Shown: in pieces, positions 19,459-29,637 of the stretch
Layout: each line of letters opens with the position of its first letter
Position numbering within the stretch: position 1 is the stretch's first letter
IMG/VR virus record: IMGVR_UViG_3300044825_001821
Coordinates: 1 to 64,000 of that record
Direction: 5' to 3' (one strand)
DNA: 64,000 nucleotides
Source of the DNA: a virus
The notes under the pieces: generated by a model
Database searches by the model: none
Told to the model about the DNA's origin: nothing
What the model saw: the letters and a program-made list of their open reading frames with translations, nothing else
Translations under genes and position numbers: made by a program

Positions 19459-20443
19459 AAAACAACAAACAAAACTAACGGATGAAAGAACATCATTCAA
19501 ACCATTTGCATATCCTTGGGCATACGAAAATTGGCTCAAGCATGAACAGAGTCACTGGCTACACACTGAAGTACCAATGCTTGAAGATGTTAAGGATTGG
19601 AAGAATAAACTTACACAGAACGAAAAGAATTTTCTCACACATATATTCAGATTCTTTACTCAGGGTGACATTGATGTTGCAGGTGGCTATGTTAATAATT
19701 ATCTACCTTATTTCCCTCAACCTGAAGTAAGAATGATGTTGTTAGGCTTTGCAGCACGTGAAGCACTACACATTGCAGCATATTCACATTTGATTGAAAC
19801 ACTTGGTATGCCAGATACCACATACACAGAGTTTATGGAATATGAAGAGATGCGTTCAAAGCATGATTATGTACTTGGTATTAGCACACAGAATGGCGAT
19901 AGGGCTTCTACTGCTGCTCATATTGCAGTATTCTCTGCTTTCACCGAAGGAATGCAACTATTCAGTTCCTTTATCATGTTACTTAACTTTGCACGACAAG
20001 GTAAGATGAGAGGCATGGGTCAGATTATCACATGGTCTATCGTTGATGAAACACAACATGCAGAGTCAATGATTAAATTATTCCGTACTTACATCGAAGA
20101 GAATAAGGAAATCTGGAATGACGACCTCAAGTCAAGAATTTATACCATTGCTGAGAAGATGGTTGAACTTGAAGATAAGTTTATTGATCTTGCTTTCAAT
20201 ATGGGTGGTATTGATGGGCTATCTGCTGATGATGTCAAGTTATACATCCGCTACATTGCTGATCGCAGGCTCATATCTCTTGGCCTTAAAGGTGTTTTTA
20301 AGGTCAAGAAGAATCCGCTTTCATGGGTTGAAGAGATGATCAATGCACCAACACATACAAACTTTTTTGAAAATCGTGCAACAGATTATTCAAAGGGCGC
20401 ATTGACAGGCAATTGGGAAACAGTGTGGGGTAAAGCAGCGTAA
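19451..20443 (+). CDS. nrdB: Ribonucleotide reductase beta subunit
   Basis: REALHIAAY, EGMQLFSSF, DETQH, NFFENRATDY. Confidence 0.95.
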   Translation: MIKKQQTKLTDERTSFKPFAYPWAYENWLKHEQSHWLHTEVPMLEDVKDWKNKLTQNEKNFLTHIFRFFTQGDIDVAGGYVNNYLPYFPQPEVRMMLLGFAAREALHIAAYSHLIETLGMPDTTYTEFMEYEEMRSKHDYVLGISTQNGDRASTAAHIAVFSAFTEGMQLFSSFIMLLNFARQGKMRGMGQIITWSIVDETQHAESMIKLFRTYIEENKEIWNDDLKSRIYTIAEKMVELEDKFIDLAFNMGGIDGLSADDVKLYIRYIADRRLISLGLKGVFKVKKNPLSWVEEMINAPTHTNFFENRATDYSKGALTGNWETVWGKAA

Positions 20444-20502
20444 AACTAAATATAAAGTCTGGTTGTCTCTGACGGTCAGACTATTAAAAAAAATTCTAAA
20501 TT

Positions 20503-20520
20503 GTGACAGTTTCGTTACTC
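20503..20520 (-). promoter_or_regulatory. Candidate Pho box upstream of pstS (reverse orientation)
   Basis: Minus strand reads GAGTAAC-GAAA-CTGTCAC: two GT(A/C)AC half sites 11 bp apart. Confidence 0.45.
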
Positions 20521-20557
20521 TAGAATAATTTTAGTAGTCCAACCTATAGGAGATAAC

Positions 20558-21580
20558 ATGAAGAAGTTTTTACTATCAATATTACTTTTCACAGGTGTCG
20601 CATCAGCAGCAGATTTAACCGGTGCTGGTGCGACATTTCCATATCCAATCTATGCAAAATGGGCTGAAGCATATAAAGCAGCAACAGGCATAGGACTCAA
20701 TTATCAATCAATTGGTTCTGGTGGTGGTATCCGTCAAATCAAAGCAAAGACAGTTGACTTTGGTGCATCTGACATGCCATTGAAGCCAGAAGAACTTGAA
20801 AAAGAAGGTCTAACACAATTTCCAGCAATTATTGGTGGTGTAGTACCAGTTGTAAATCTTGATGGTGTAACACCAGGTCAATTGAAGTTGACGAGTGATG
20901 TTGTTGCGGGTATTCATCTTGGTAAAATCACAAAGTGGAATGATAAGGCAATCACTGATTTGAATCCAGGTGTAAATCTACCAGCAATGAACATTACTGT
21001 AATTCATCGTGCAGATGGTTCTGGTACAACATTTGTTTGGACAAATTACTTGGGTAAAGCAAATGCTGAATTTGCCAAAATAGTTGGTGAAGGCACAGCA
21101 GTGAAATGGCCAGTTGGTATTGGCGGCAAAGGTAATGAAGGTGTCGCAGCAAATGTGCAAAGAGTAAAAGGTGCATTTGGTTATGTTGAATATGCATATG
21201 CAAAGAAAAATAAAATTGCATGGGCACAATTAAAGAATCGTGATGGTAACTTTGTACAACCAGATGATTCAACATTCAAAGCAGCCGCAGCAAATGCAGA
21301 TTGGGCAAACGCACCAGGTATGTACTTGTTACTCACATGGCAAACAGGTAAAGACGCATGGCCTGCAACAGGTGCAAGTTTTATTCTAATGCATAAGCAA
21401 CAAGCAGATGCACTTACTGGTCGTGCAATTCTAAAATTCTTTGATTGGAGTTACAAGAATGGCGCAAAGATGAGTGAAGATTTGGAGTATGTACACATGC
21501 CTCAATCAGTTATCAAGTTAGTTCAAGATAACTGGAAAAAGGACTACAAAGGTCCTGACAACACACCTATTTGGAAATAA
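20558..21580 (+). CDS. pstS: Phosphate ABC transporter periplasmic binding protein
   Basis: Signal peptide; GAGATFPYP, GSGGG, DFGASD, RADGSGTT. Confidence 0.96.
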   Translation: MKKFLLSILLFTGVASAADLTGAGATFPYPIYAKWAEAYKAATGIGLNYQSIGSGGGIRQIKAKTVDFGASDMPLKPEELEKEGLTQFPAIIGGVVPVVNLDGVTPGQLKLTSDVVAGIHLGKITKWNDKAITDLNPGVNLPAMNITVIHRADGSGTTFVWTNYLGKANAEFAKIVGEGTAVKWPVGIGGKGNEGVAANVQRVKGAFGYVEYAYAKKNKIAWAQLKNRDGNFVQPDDSTFKAAAANADWANAPGMYLLLTWQTGKDAWPATGASFILMHKQQADALTGRAILKFFDWSYKNGAKMSEDLEYVHMPQSVIKLVQDNWKKDYKGPDNTPIWK

Positions 21581-21589
21581 GGATAAATT

Positions 21590-22996
21590 ATGAAATTATT
21601 TAAAAAACTTGCTATCGTCATTGCACTTGCAACTGTAATGCCAGCATATGCTGATAGTCACAAAGAAACTTTAAGCATTTTAAAAGACAAAGGTATTCTT
21701 ACTCAACAAGAGTATGATACTAAAATTAAAGAGTATGAAGAAAAAGAAGAAAACAAAAAGTTCGTTGAACAAAGAATTGACAGAGATGTCAGTGAATCAA
21801 ACAAGTGGAGAATTGCAAGACAAGATGACGGCGGAGTCATGGGCAATGGTCTTGGAATCAAATCCAAAGATGGCAACACGACAGCCCAGTTTACAGGTAG
21901 AATACATATGGACTACCGAACTTATACACCAGACTACGCCACGGGTCAAAGCACAGATACGTATCAAGATGGTTTAGAGGTACGCCGTGCAAGATTTGGT
22001 GTTCGTGGTCAATTTGCAAAAGACTTCAAATATCTTCTATTAGCGAACTTTGGTAATGATACAGGTGCAGCATCATCTACTTCAACAATGGATGAAATGT
22101 GGGTTAACTATGCAGCCAATCCTGAAATGCAATTTCAGTTTGGTTTATTCAAAATGCCATTCAGTCTTGAGCAATTGACCAGTTCAAATAATCTTGATTT
22201 TATGGAGCGTAGTCTAATTGGTCAAACTGAAGGTGAGTTTATACCTGCAAAAGAAACAGGAGTGATGCTACATGGTGTACCTAAAACTGGTGTTACATAT
22301 GCCGTGGCTCTCAGTCGTGGCAGAGGAAATAAGAGTGCCACAGCAGACAGCACTGACGTAATCGGTCGTGCAACTGTAAACTTTGCCGAACTTGCGATGA
22401 TTAAAGATACAGTAATGCATCTTGGTGCTGCATACAGTGTAGGCGATATCAAAAGCGGCGTAGCACCAGCAAGTGGTCGTACAGAGAGTCGTCAACAAAG
22501 TGCATACTTTACAGGTCCTGCACTAAGTGGTGACACAAACCGCACACGCCAAGGTCTTGAAGCAGCGTTTGCATATAAGGCACTGAAACTACAAGGTGAA
22601 CAGTTTCAATTCACATATGATCCTGCGAAAGGTGCTGATCAAAAGATTGATGGTTATTACATTCAAGCAATGTACAATCTGACAGGTGAAAGCCACAGTT
22701 ATAAAGATGGTGTATTTGGTTGGATCAAGCCAAACAATCCCATTGATAAAGGTGGCAAAGGTGCATGGCAGGTAGGTGTTCGTGCAAGTGAGTTCAATGC
22801 CGATGACATAGCCGTAGTCACAGGCAAAACAAACAAAGCAACAGCACTCACATATGGCATTACGTGGTTTGCAAATGACAATCTACGTTTCATGCTAAAC
22901 TATGTTGACACAAAGTTTGATGCTCCAGTTGGTGCAGCCGGTAGTCGTGTAAACGGAGACAAGGCTGTGATGCTCAGAGGTCAATTGAGTTTCTAA
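21590..22996 (+). CDS. OprO/OprP-family phosphate-selective porin
   Basis: Signal peptide; EVRRAR, GLFKMPFSLEQLTSS, FMERS; C-terminal Phe; follows pstS. Confidence 0.85.
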   Translation: MKLFKKLAIVIALATVMPAYADSHKETLSILKDKGILTQQEYDTKIKEYEEKEENKKFVEQRIDRDVSESNKWRIARQDDGGVMGNGLGIKSKDGNTTAQFTGRIHMDYRTYTPDYATGQSTDTYQDGLEVRRARFGVRGQFAKDFKYLLLANFGNDTGAASSTSTMDEMWVNYAANPEMQFQFGLFKMPFSLEQLTSSNNLDFMERSLIGQTEGEFIPAKETGVMLHGVPKTGVTYAVALSRGRGNKSATADSTDVIGRATVNFAELAMIKDTVMHLGAAYSVGDIKSGVAPASGRTESRQQSAYFTGPALSGDTNRTRQGLEAAFAYKALKLQGEQFQFTYDPAKGADQKIDGYYIQAMYNLTGESHSYKDGVFGWIKPNNPIDKGGKGAWQVGVRASEFNADDIAVVTGKTNKATALTYGITWFANDNLRFMLNYVDTKFDAPVGAAGSRVNGDKAVMLRGQLSF

Positions 22997-23037
22997 TATA
23001 AAAGCAGTCTAAATAGGCGTTTAGAGGGAGTAATTCC

Positions 23038-23496
23038 ATGAAACGCCTATTTTTATTTGTAATGGCGGCACTCATTTCACTACCAGCATTTGCAGAATAT
23101 CGCCTACCTTTCATAGAATCACAAGACGGCTTCACTAAAATTCCTTTTGTTGAAAAAGACTGGATTCTTGGCGCAGGTCGAGATGATTGGGATTTGTATG
23201 TTGAGAAAGGGATGTTTGATAAGCACAAAGACATTCACGAATTTCATGCAGTTACCGCATACAAAACGCCATACCACAGCGATGGTTTAAAAGCCAAAGT
23301 CAGCAAGATATATACTTACGGAGTTCTAAATTGCAATCGAGGATTTCTAGATATCATGTATGAATGGTATGTTGATATAGATGAAAATATAATCTATACA
23401 TCAACACACGAATTTGGCTCATATACAATTGAAATGTTATCGCCAGACACAGCAAGAAATGAAGTTTACAACCAAATTTGTAAGGAAATGATATGA
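23038..23496 (+). CDS. Secreted hypothetical protein
   Basis: Signal peptide LPAFA. Confidence 0.55.
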   Translation: MKRLFLFVMAALISLPAFAEYRLPFIESQDGFTKIPFVEKDWILGAGRDDWDLYVEKGMFDKHKDIHEFHAVTAYKTPYHSDGLKAKVSKIYTYGVLNCNRGFLDIMYEWYVDIDENIIYTSTHEFGSYTIEMLSPDTARNEVYNQICKEMI

Positions 23497-23951
23497 AAAA
23501 ATTTATGACAAAGTTTTATATTGCAGTAGGATTTTTGTTCCTGTGTATATTTTTACCTGCACAAGCACAAAAAACACCACAAGGTGTAACATACGATGCA
23601 CAAATTGTTCGTGTAAATGATGGTGACACTGTAGTGATTGCAGCGCCATTTTTACCAGCGCCATTGAAACCTGAATTGGCAGTTCGCATCTATGGCGTAG
23701 ATACACCAGAGAAAGGCTTTCGTGCTCAATGTCCACAAGAGGATGAAAGGGGAAAGATGGCGACAAAATTTACAACCAATGCAGTTGCCAAATCATCTAA
23801 ACGTCAAGTCATTCTTTATGCGTGGGATAAGTTTGGTGGTCGTGTATTGGGAGATATCATTTTAGATGGCCAAAGTCTACGTGCTCAATTAATTCAAAAT
23901 GGTTTTGCACGTGAGTATTATGGTGAAGCAAAGCAATCATGGTGTAACTAA
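23493..23951 (+). CDS. Thermonuclease (SNase-like) with signal peptide
   Basis: DGDT, RIYGVDTPE, DKFGGRVLG. Confidence 0.9.
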   Translation: MKKFMTKFYIAVGFLFLCIFLPAQAQKTPQGVTYDAQIVRVNDGDTVVIAAPFLPAPLKPELAVRIYGVDTPEKGFRAQCPQEDERGKMATKFTTNAVAKSSKRQVILYAWDKFGGRVLGDIILDGQSLRAQLIQNGFAREYYGEAKQSWCN

Positions 23952-24130
23952 TGATTAAGCTACAGCATGAATGTTCAGCATGTGGATCAAACTTTACAAT
24001 TTCTTACAATGAAATGTACACCGAGTCTGACCCACAGCATTGTCCTTTTTGTGGTGAGTTTTTGTTATTAGATGACGAAAACTTTGATGATCAAAATCTT
24101 CATGATGATGAAGATGAAGATCCACTATGA
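23951..24130 (+). CDS. Small zinc-ribbon protein with acidic tail
   Basis: CSAC...CPFCG then D/E-rich C-terminus. Confidence 0.65.
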   Translation: MIKLQHECSACGSNFTISYNEMYTESDPQHCPFCGEFLLLDDENFDDQNLHDDEDEDPL

Positions 24131-24567
24131 CATGGTACTATGACAGTGTGCCGTTTGAATACGACGGCACACATTTTGGATTTGTCTATTTAATAGAAAA
24201 TCTAATTAACGGAAAAAAATACATTGGACGCAAATACTTTAGTAAAGCTGGCACAAAGCAGGTCAATGGTAAGAAGAGAAAAATTAGAAAAGAATCCGAT
24301 TGGACAACGTATTACGGTTCCAACGAAACACTCAAAAGAGAAATCTTAGAGTTGGGTGAGCATAACTATAGGCGCACAATTTTACACTTATGTAAAAGCA
24401 AATCAGAATGTGCTTATTGGGAAACTTATGAAATTCTTACACGCCACGCATTAATCAAAGAATCCTATTACAATGATTGGGTAACGGCAAAGATACGTCG
24501 AGATCACTTAAAAAATGTTGCAGAGCAACATAAAATGCTATATAATAGTAAGACAGTGCCTAACTAG
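24127..24567 (+). CDS. GIY-YIG family endonuclease
   Basis: GFVYLIENLINGKKYIGRK, YYGS, YYN. Confidence 0.8.
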   Translation: MTWYYDSVPFEYDGTHFGFVYLIENLINGKKYIGRKYFSKAGTKQVNGKKRKIRKESDWTTYYGSNETLKREILELGEHNYRRTILHLCKSKSECAYWETYEILTRHALIKESYYNDWVTAKIRRDHLKNVAEQHKMLYNSKTVPN

Positions 24568-24594
24568 GGCTGTCTAACTTTATAGGAGATAATT

Positions 24595-25826
24595 ATGTTT
24601 TTTACTCAAACACCTCAGTTTCCAACATTCTATTCATGGAATGATATTCAGCGCAAGGCTGAAGATGCAACGATCAAAACGATTGATTTCAACAAAGTAT
24701 TGATTGATCACACTCTTGCCTATTTTGACAGTGTTACAGATAATACTTTTACTACATATACAAAGAAAGTAGTAAATTTGAATAATAACATTGCGGAAGA
24801 TGCAAAAAAAATCATCAGGTCAGAAGTCAAAAAATCTAAGACTGGAGATTGAATCTAAATCAAAGTTTTGGCAACCAGTGGTCAGGAATGGGTGGTGGAT
24901 TAAATTCTCTGTCTATCGTGACCACTTTATTTTACTCATGATTGTTTCACGTTATACTGGTCAAACAATTATTCGTTATTACACTAATGAAGAAGAAGCA
25001 GTAGCATTCATCAATTTTATCACAACCTGTAACGCACAAGATACATTTGAATCTGCATAAAATTTCAAGTGCCATACAAATCAAAAATTTGTCCTACTTG
25101 TAACATACAACACAAAAAACGTGGACCGTATTGTTCACGTTCATGTGGTAACATTAGGCAACACACACCAGAAGTAAAAGCCACATTATCAAAAAAACTA
25201 ACAGAGTATCATCAAACGCCAGAAGGCGCAGCAACTAGAGCCAAATCTGCACGAATCACCTCTGCCATAAGAAAAGGTGAAGAGTGGGAAAAAGTTGAAG
25301 TTGACGATTACATGGTAAACATTCCCGATGTTACCGACTATGTTTCGGAATATGATGCAACATGGGAACGTGCCGAAAAATGGTAGTTGACAAATAAAAC
25401 GAATTGCTCTAAAATAGTATACATGGCTGAGATATATACATTTGTACCCAAACAAAAACCGAAGGAGTCTTTGGAGTTAGACCGTTTGAGGGCAAAATTG
25501 TTGGAGTTACACGAATGCAAAGACGTAATTAATAAAGAGATAAGATTTATCAAAGATGCAATTAAATTACTTGAAAAAGGCGAAAAATGACCGAAGATGA
25601 TAGTGACTTTGAGCACATCGATGAGGTCGGTGTGATCGATAAAATCGACATTTTGCTGACACTCATTGAAAATGGTCCTGGAAAAAATCGATACAGGGCA
25701 TTGTCTGCTGTTTTAAGTGAAGCAAAATTTGCATTACTTCATTCATGGAACGAAGCACAATATTATATGGAACTCTGTGAAGGTTATGAAAGATCAATCA
25801 AACAAATAGGCGATAGGTTGAAATAA
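24595..25826 (+). other. Run of small hypothetical ORFs (24595, 24791, 25069, 25387, 25587)
   Basis: Tightly packed + strand ORFs; 25069 has CPTC...CSRSC. Confidence 0.55.
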
Positions 25827-25940
25827 TCAATTGATCGCCTGGGAGAAGGCGATGAATCAATTGTTTAAAGAACTTATAGTTTTCATTCTACTGTTATTTG
25901 CGGCAGTATCATCACTCTCAATATTCACTTTCTTATTTAA

Positions 25941-26837
25941 ATGAATAACGATAAACCATACGTTGACCGACCATATTTACAATTTACACTTTTAGAGTGG
26001 TTTGTAGCATTCTGCCTACTGTTTTTCATGGTAGTTCAATCGTCGGAAGCAAAACCACGTACACAGAAAAAACATGCAGTTGAAACATACGGCACATTAT
26101 CTGTGATGGTGACAAATATATCCGAAGATGTAATTGTACGTAAACAGAATATTGATCAAATTCGTGCATTGGCAAGTGTGACAAAACTCATGACAGCAAT
26201 GATTGCATTAGATCATGATATGAATATGAATCGTAAGCTACAATTGAGCAACAAGGCAGGCAGTCGTATGCCCAAACGTGAATATACACGTGGAGAATTG
26301 TTTCATATGCTATTGATCAAGAGTGACAATGCAGCAGCAGAGACACTAGCGGCAGATTACCCAGGTGGTCGTGAAAAATTTATACGTGATATGAATGTTC
26401 GTGCCATGATGTTGAATATGTACAGTACAAATTTTGATGACCCATCAGGTTTGAGTTCTGGCAATGTGAGTACAGCAAGTGACGTAACTTCAATGGTAGT
26501 TGCTGCATCACATTATCCAGACATACGAGAAATTTCAGTTAAAAAAACTGCGCCTATTTTGACACAGGTCAAACGTAAAAACAGAATAGTTGTTCTACAT
26601 AATACGAACACTATTTTATTATCACAAATTAATGGTGTTCAAGTAAGTAAGACCGGGTTTACTAACCCAGCAGGATTTTGTGTAGCCATGTTGGTAGAAA
26701 AGCATAGGGGTGATATTTTACAGCATGAGGTAATCGTTGTTATGGGCGCACGAAATCCTGCACAGAGAGTTGACACTGTGAAACGAGTAGTGTATAATGG
26801 TACTGAAGGAGATAATTATGAGCCGAGCAGAATTTAA
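25941..26837 (+). CDS. Peptidase S11 D-Ala-D-Ala carboxy/endopeptidase (PBP7-like)
   Basis: SxxK (ASVTK), SDN and KTG motifs; N-terminal hydrophobic segment. Confidence 0.9.
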   Translation: MNNDKPYVDRPYLQFTLLEWFVAFCLLFFMVVQSSEAKPRTQKKHAVETYGTLSVMVTNISEDVIVRKQNIDQIRALASVTKLMTAMIALDHDMNMNRKLQLSNKAGSRMPKREYTRGELFHMLLIKSDNAAAETLAADYPGGREKFIRDMNVRAMMLNMYSTNFDDPSGLSSGNVSTASDVTSMVVAASHYPDIREISVKKTAPILTQVKRKNRIVVLHNTNTILLSQINGVQVSKTGFTNPAGFCVAMLVEKHRGDILQHEVIVVMGARNPAQRVDTVKRVVYNGTEGDNYEPSRI

Positions 26838-27134
26838 TATGGTGATGAATCGCATCAAAAATTTAGAAGAGTATGAAGTTCAGGTATTCATACCTGAAGA
26901 TTTTGTTTTTGATGGACCGGTGCCTTATGACATGAGTATATCAGGTGATACTGCGTGGGTAAAAGTGATTGCTGCATCACTAGAAGAAGCAAAGAATAAA
27001 GCGTATGACTATTTCGAGAGCAAATACAAATAAACCCTGGCTTGCGCCAGAATATGATGTGCCTGTGCTAGAGAACGAAGAGATGTGGTCGCAGCGTGTG
27101 ATCGATGAGCAAACATATTACCTATGGTTAGATA

Positions 27135-27860
27135 TTGATAAGGATGAAAATGAATCAAAAAAACAACACAATTAAGATACTGCCTGAGCCTAATATGCAT
27201 GGTCTGTTTCCGACGCCAGTATTGTTCACAAAGTTTTATCGTGACTGGACAAAAGAAGAAAAAGAATTTTTTGAAGAGACTGCAAAGAGCACGACACAAA
27301 ACACAGGTAATCTGACGAGTGCTGATCGATATGTATTAGATCATCCTATAATGAAAGAAGTTCGTGATTATTATCAATTTTATGTGAACTATTTCATGGA
27401 AAAAGTGTATGCGCCAAAAAATGATGTGCAAGCATACATTACACAATCATGGATGAATTATACTAAAACAGGACAGTTTCATCATAAACATGCACACCCA
27501 AACAGTTGGATATCAGGCTGCATTTATGTGAGCACTGATCGTGAAAAAGATCGTATTACATTTTATAATGACAAATATCATCGCATATCATTACCCACAG
27601 AGACTTACAATCCATTCAACTCTGAGTCGTGGTGGTTCTCTGTAGGCACTGGTGATATTGTTATCTTCCCATCATATTTGACACATATGGTAGAGCAAAC
27701 GACGAGTAGTGACACCAGAGTGAGTATTGCTATCAATACATTCTTAAAAGGATATATTGGTGATGAACATAGTCTGACTGGCTTGCATTTGCAAGGACAA
27801 GATACTGAAGCGCCACAGCGCACAGAAGCAAAACCTGAAAATGCACCAACTGGATACTAA
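27135..27860 (+). CDS. 2OG-Fe(II) oxygenase (TIGR02466-like)
   Basis: HAHPNSWISGCIY, IFPSYLTHMV, RVSIAIN. Confidence 0.85.
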   Translation: MIRMKMNQKNNTIKILPEPNMHGLFPTPVLFTKFYRDWTKEEKEFFEETAKSTTQNTGNLTSADRYVLDHPIMKEVRDYYQFYVNYFMEKVYAPKNDVQAYITQSWMNYTKTGQFHHKHAHPNSWISGCIYVSTDREKDRITFYNDKYHRISLPTETYNPFNSESWWFSVGTGDIVIFPSYLTHMVEQTTSSDTRVSIAINTFLKGYIGDEHSLTGLHLQGQDTEAPQRTEAKPENAPTGY

Positions 27861-27945
27861 GCGGGTATGGTGAAATAGGTAGACACAGCAGACTTAAAAT
27901 CTGCCGACTTCGGTCATGCTGGTTCGATTCCGGCTATCCGCACCA
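27861..27945 (+). tRNA. tRNA-Leu(TAA)
   Basis: Cloverleaf, GCAGA-CTTAAAA-TCTGC, long variable arm, CCA. Confidence 0.93.
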
Positions 27946-27949
27946 AACA

Positions 27950-28024
27950 CTGGCGTTAGTTCAATGGATAGAACAGTAGCCTTCTAAGCTATAAATGTAG
28001 GTTCGATTCCTACACGCCGGACCA
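27950..28024 (+). tRNA. tRNA-Arg(TCT)
   Basis: GTAGC-CTTCTAA-GCTAT, T-loop TTCGATT, CCA. Confidence 0.93.
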
Positions 28025-28537
28025 ACTACATTATGGAGATAATGATGGCAATAAACAAACTACCGACGACACCGAAACATCTAATGATTGATCCGGCACA
28101 TCCATTGCCACCAAATTCTCTTACATACCCCGGCTCTGGTGTATTTTCTGCACCTGGTGGATCAATAACCACACATGTAACGACGCCTAACATCAATACA
28201 AAAGATTATGCTATTCAAGGTCAAATGCTGACAGTTGAAAAAGTATTGAACAGTTATGAATTGGAACGAACTGGATTATCAGCCAATATCAAAAACTTTG
28301 AAGATGAAATAAAAAAAGAATTGATACAGAAATTGCTGCATGAAATAGTAAGGCAAAGATGTATAGAATTCACCTCACAAAAAGACATGCTGACCAATAG
28401 TGTTGTCTATCGTGCAAGAATCTATGTAACACCAGATGAACAAACCAGAATCATTAGACAGATACAAAAATGACAACAAAAGTTATCAAAAAGAAATCAC
28501 TTTGGCGTAAAAGACAGGCACCAAACCGATAAAATAC

Positions 28538-28566
28538 TTGACAAGTAAACCTCATTCTTGTATACT
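28538..28566 (+). promoter_or_regulatory. Sigma70-type early promoter
   Basis: cTTGACAagtaaacc, 17-bp spacer, TATACTgg. Confidence 0.85.
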
Positions 28567-29608
28567 GGAACTGTGATGAGAAAGTGAGTTAAGAAATGAG
28601 TAAGATTGTCAAAATTGATATAACAGAAGCATGTGGCTGGATCGGTATGGTGTTGATTCATGCTGCTACATTACCAACAAGTCTGGGTGTGATTCTTGGA
28701 TACACTGATAGGCTTCCACCACTAAGCATGGTGTTGATGGTGTGGAGTGGATTGTTTCTGTTTCTGGTTCGTGCGTTAGGTAGAAACGACAAATTATACA
28801 TAATTAGCAACGCTGTCGGTTTCTTCTTTAACAGTGTATTGTTGGCATTGATTGTTTTTAAATAATGGAGAATGTGATGAGTTATTATGGTATGTTCACA
28901 GAAAATGGTAATCGTGTAATTGATGCAATTGTGTCTGTCGCAAAAGATTACAATTATTCTTGGGAGTGTGTAAGTGAGATACTTACCAAAATCTCAGAGA
29001 TAGAGGGTTTCGGTGAAGCGACTGATACTGCGGTTCGTGAATATGTTTATGAAGCAATGGAGGGTGTGTGATGAGTAATTTAACATGGGAAATGCAAGCC
29101 TACGGTGCGCCTAAGGCTGAGATTCTTGAATCGATTGAAGATTCACTTACGTTTAAAATGTCTGGCATTGGTATGGTGATTGCATCATATTTGTCCGATG
29201 CACAAGAACTGATTGAGTTTAACGACAAAAATCGTGCCCGTCAATATATTAATATTGCAAAGATGTTGATTTTCGAACAAATGGAGGCTGAAGTAGAATG
29301 ATGCAATACATTTTCTCATTCATTGGAGTGGTCGTCATTGCGGCGGCCATTTATTGTTTGGAACGCATAAAAAATGATGTATGATGAACCATTTTACATT
29401 GTAGCGGGCACAAGAAAAGAATTTGAAGATTTTGTAATGCGTAAAAATATGATGGGTATCTACTACAATTGGAAATATGTGTGGAACGCTGATACGCTAC
29501 GTGGGCTTCAGCGCCTCCGTGGCTTTTATATCGGCAGTTACGAAGAACATGAAGATTGGAGTGCCATACAAGATGTTATCAAAATAATAAAATCCAAAGG
29601 TGGATGAC

Positions 29609-29637
29609 TTGACAAGTTATTTGTTTTCTGTTATGAT
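29609..29637 (+). promoter_or_regulatory. Sigma70-type early promoter
   Basis: TTGACA-17-TATGAT. Confidence 0.75.

Noticed and set aside
15509-20443. Introns or inteins in nrdA/nrdB
   Set aside because: Both frames are uninterrupted with no evident insertion.
2632-23766. Numerous minus-strand ORFs opposite long genes
   Set aside because: Antisense shadows of well-supported + strand genes, with no recognisable motifs.
24127-24567. GIY-YIG as a mobile homing endonuclease
   Set aside because: Short catalytic-domain-only protein with no intron context; mobility is unsupported.
24595-24852. Phasin-like protein
   Set aside because: Only a vague amphipathic resemblance; no diagnostic motif.
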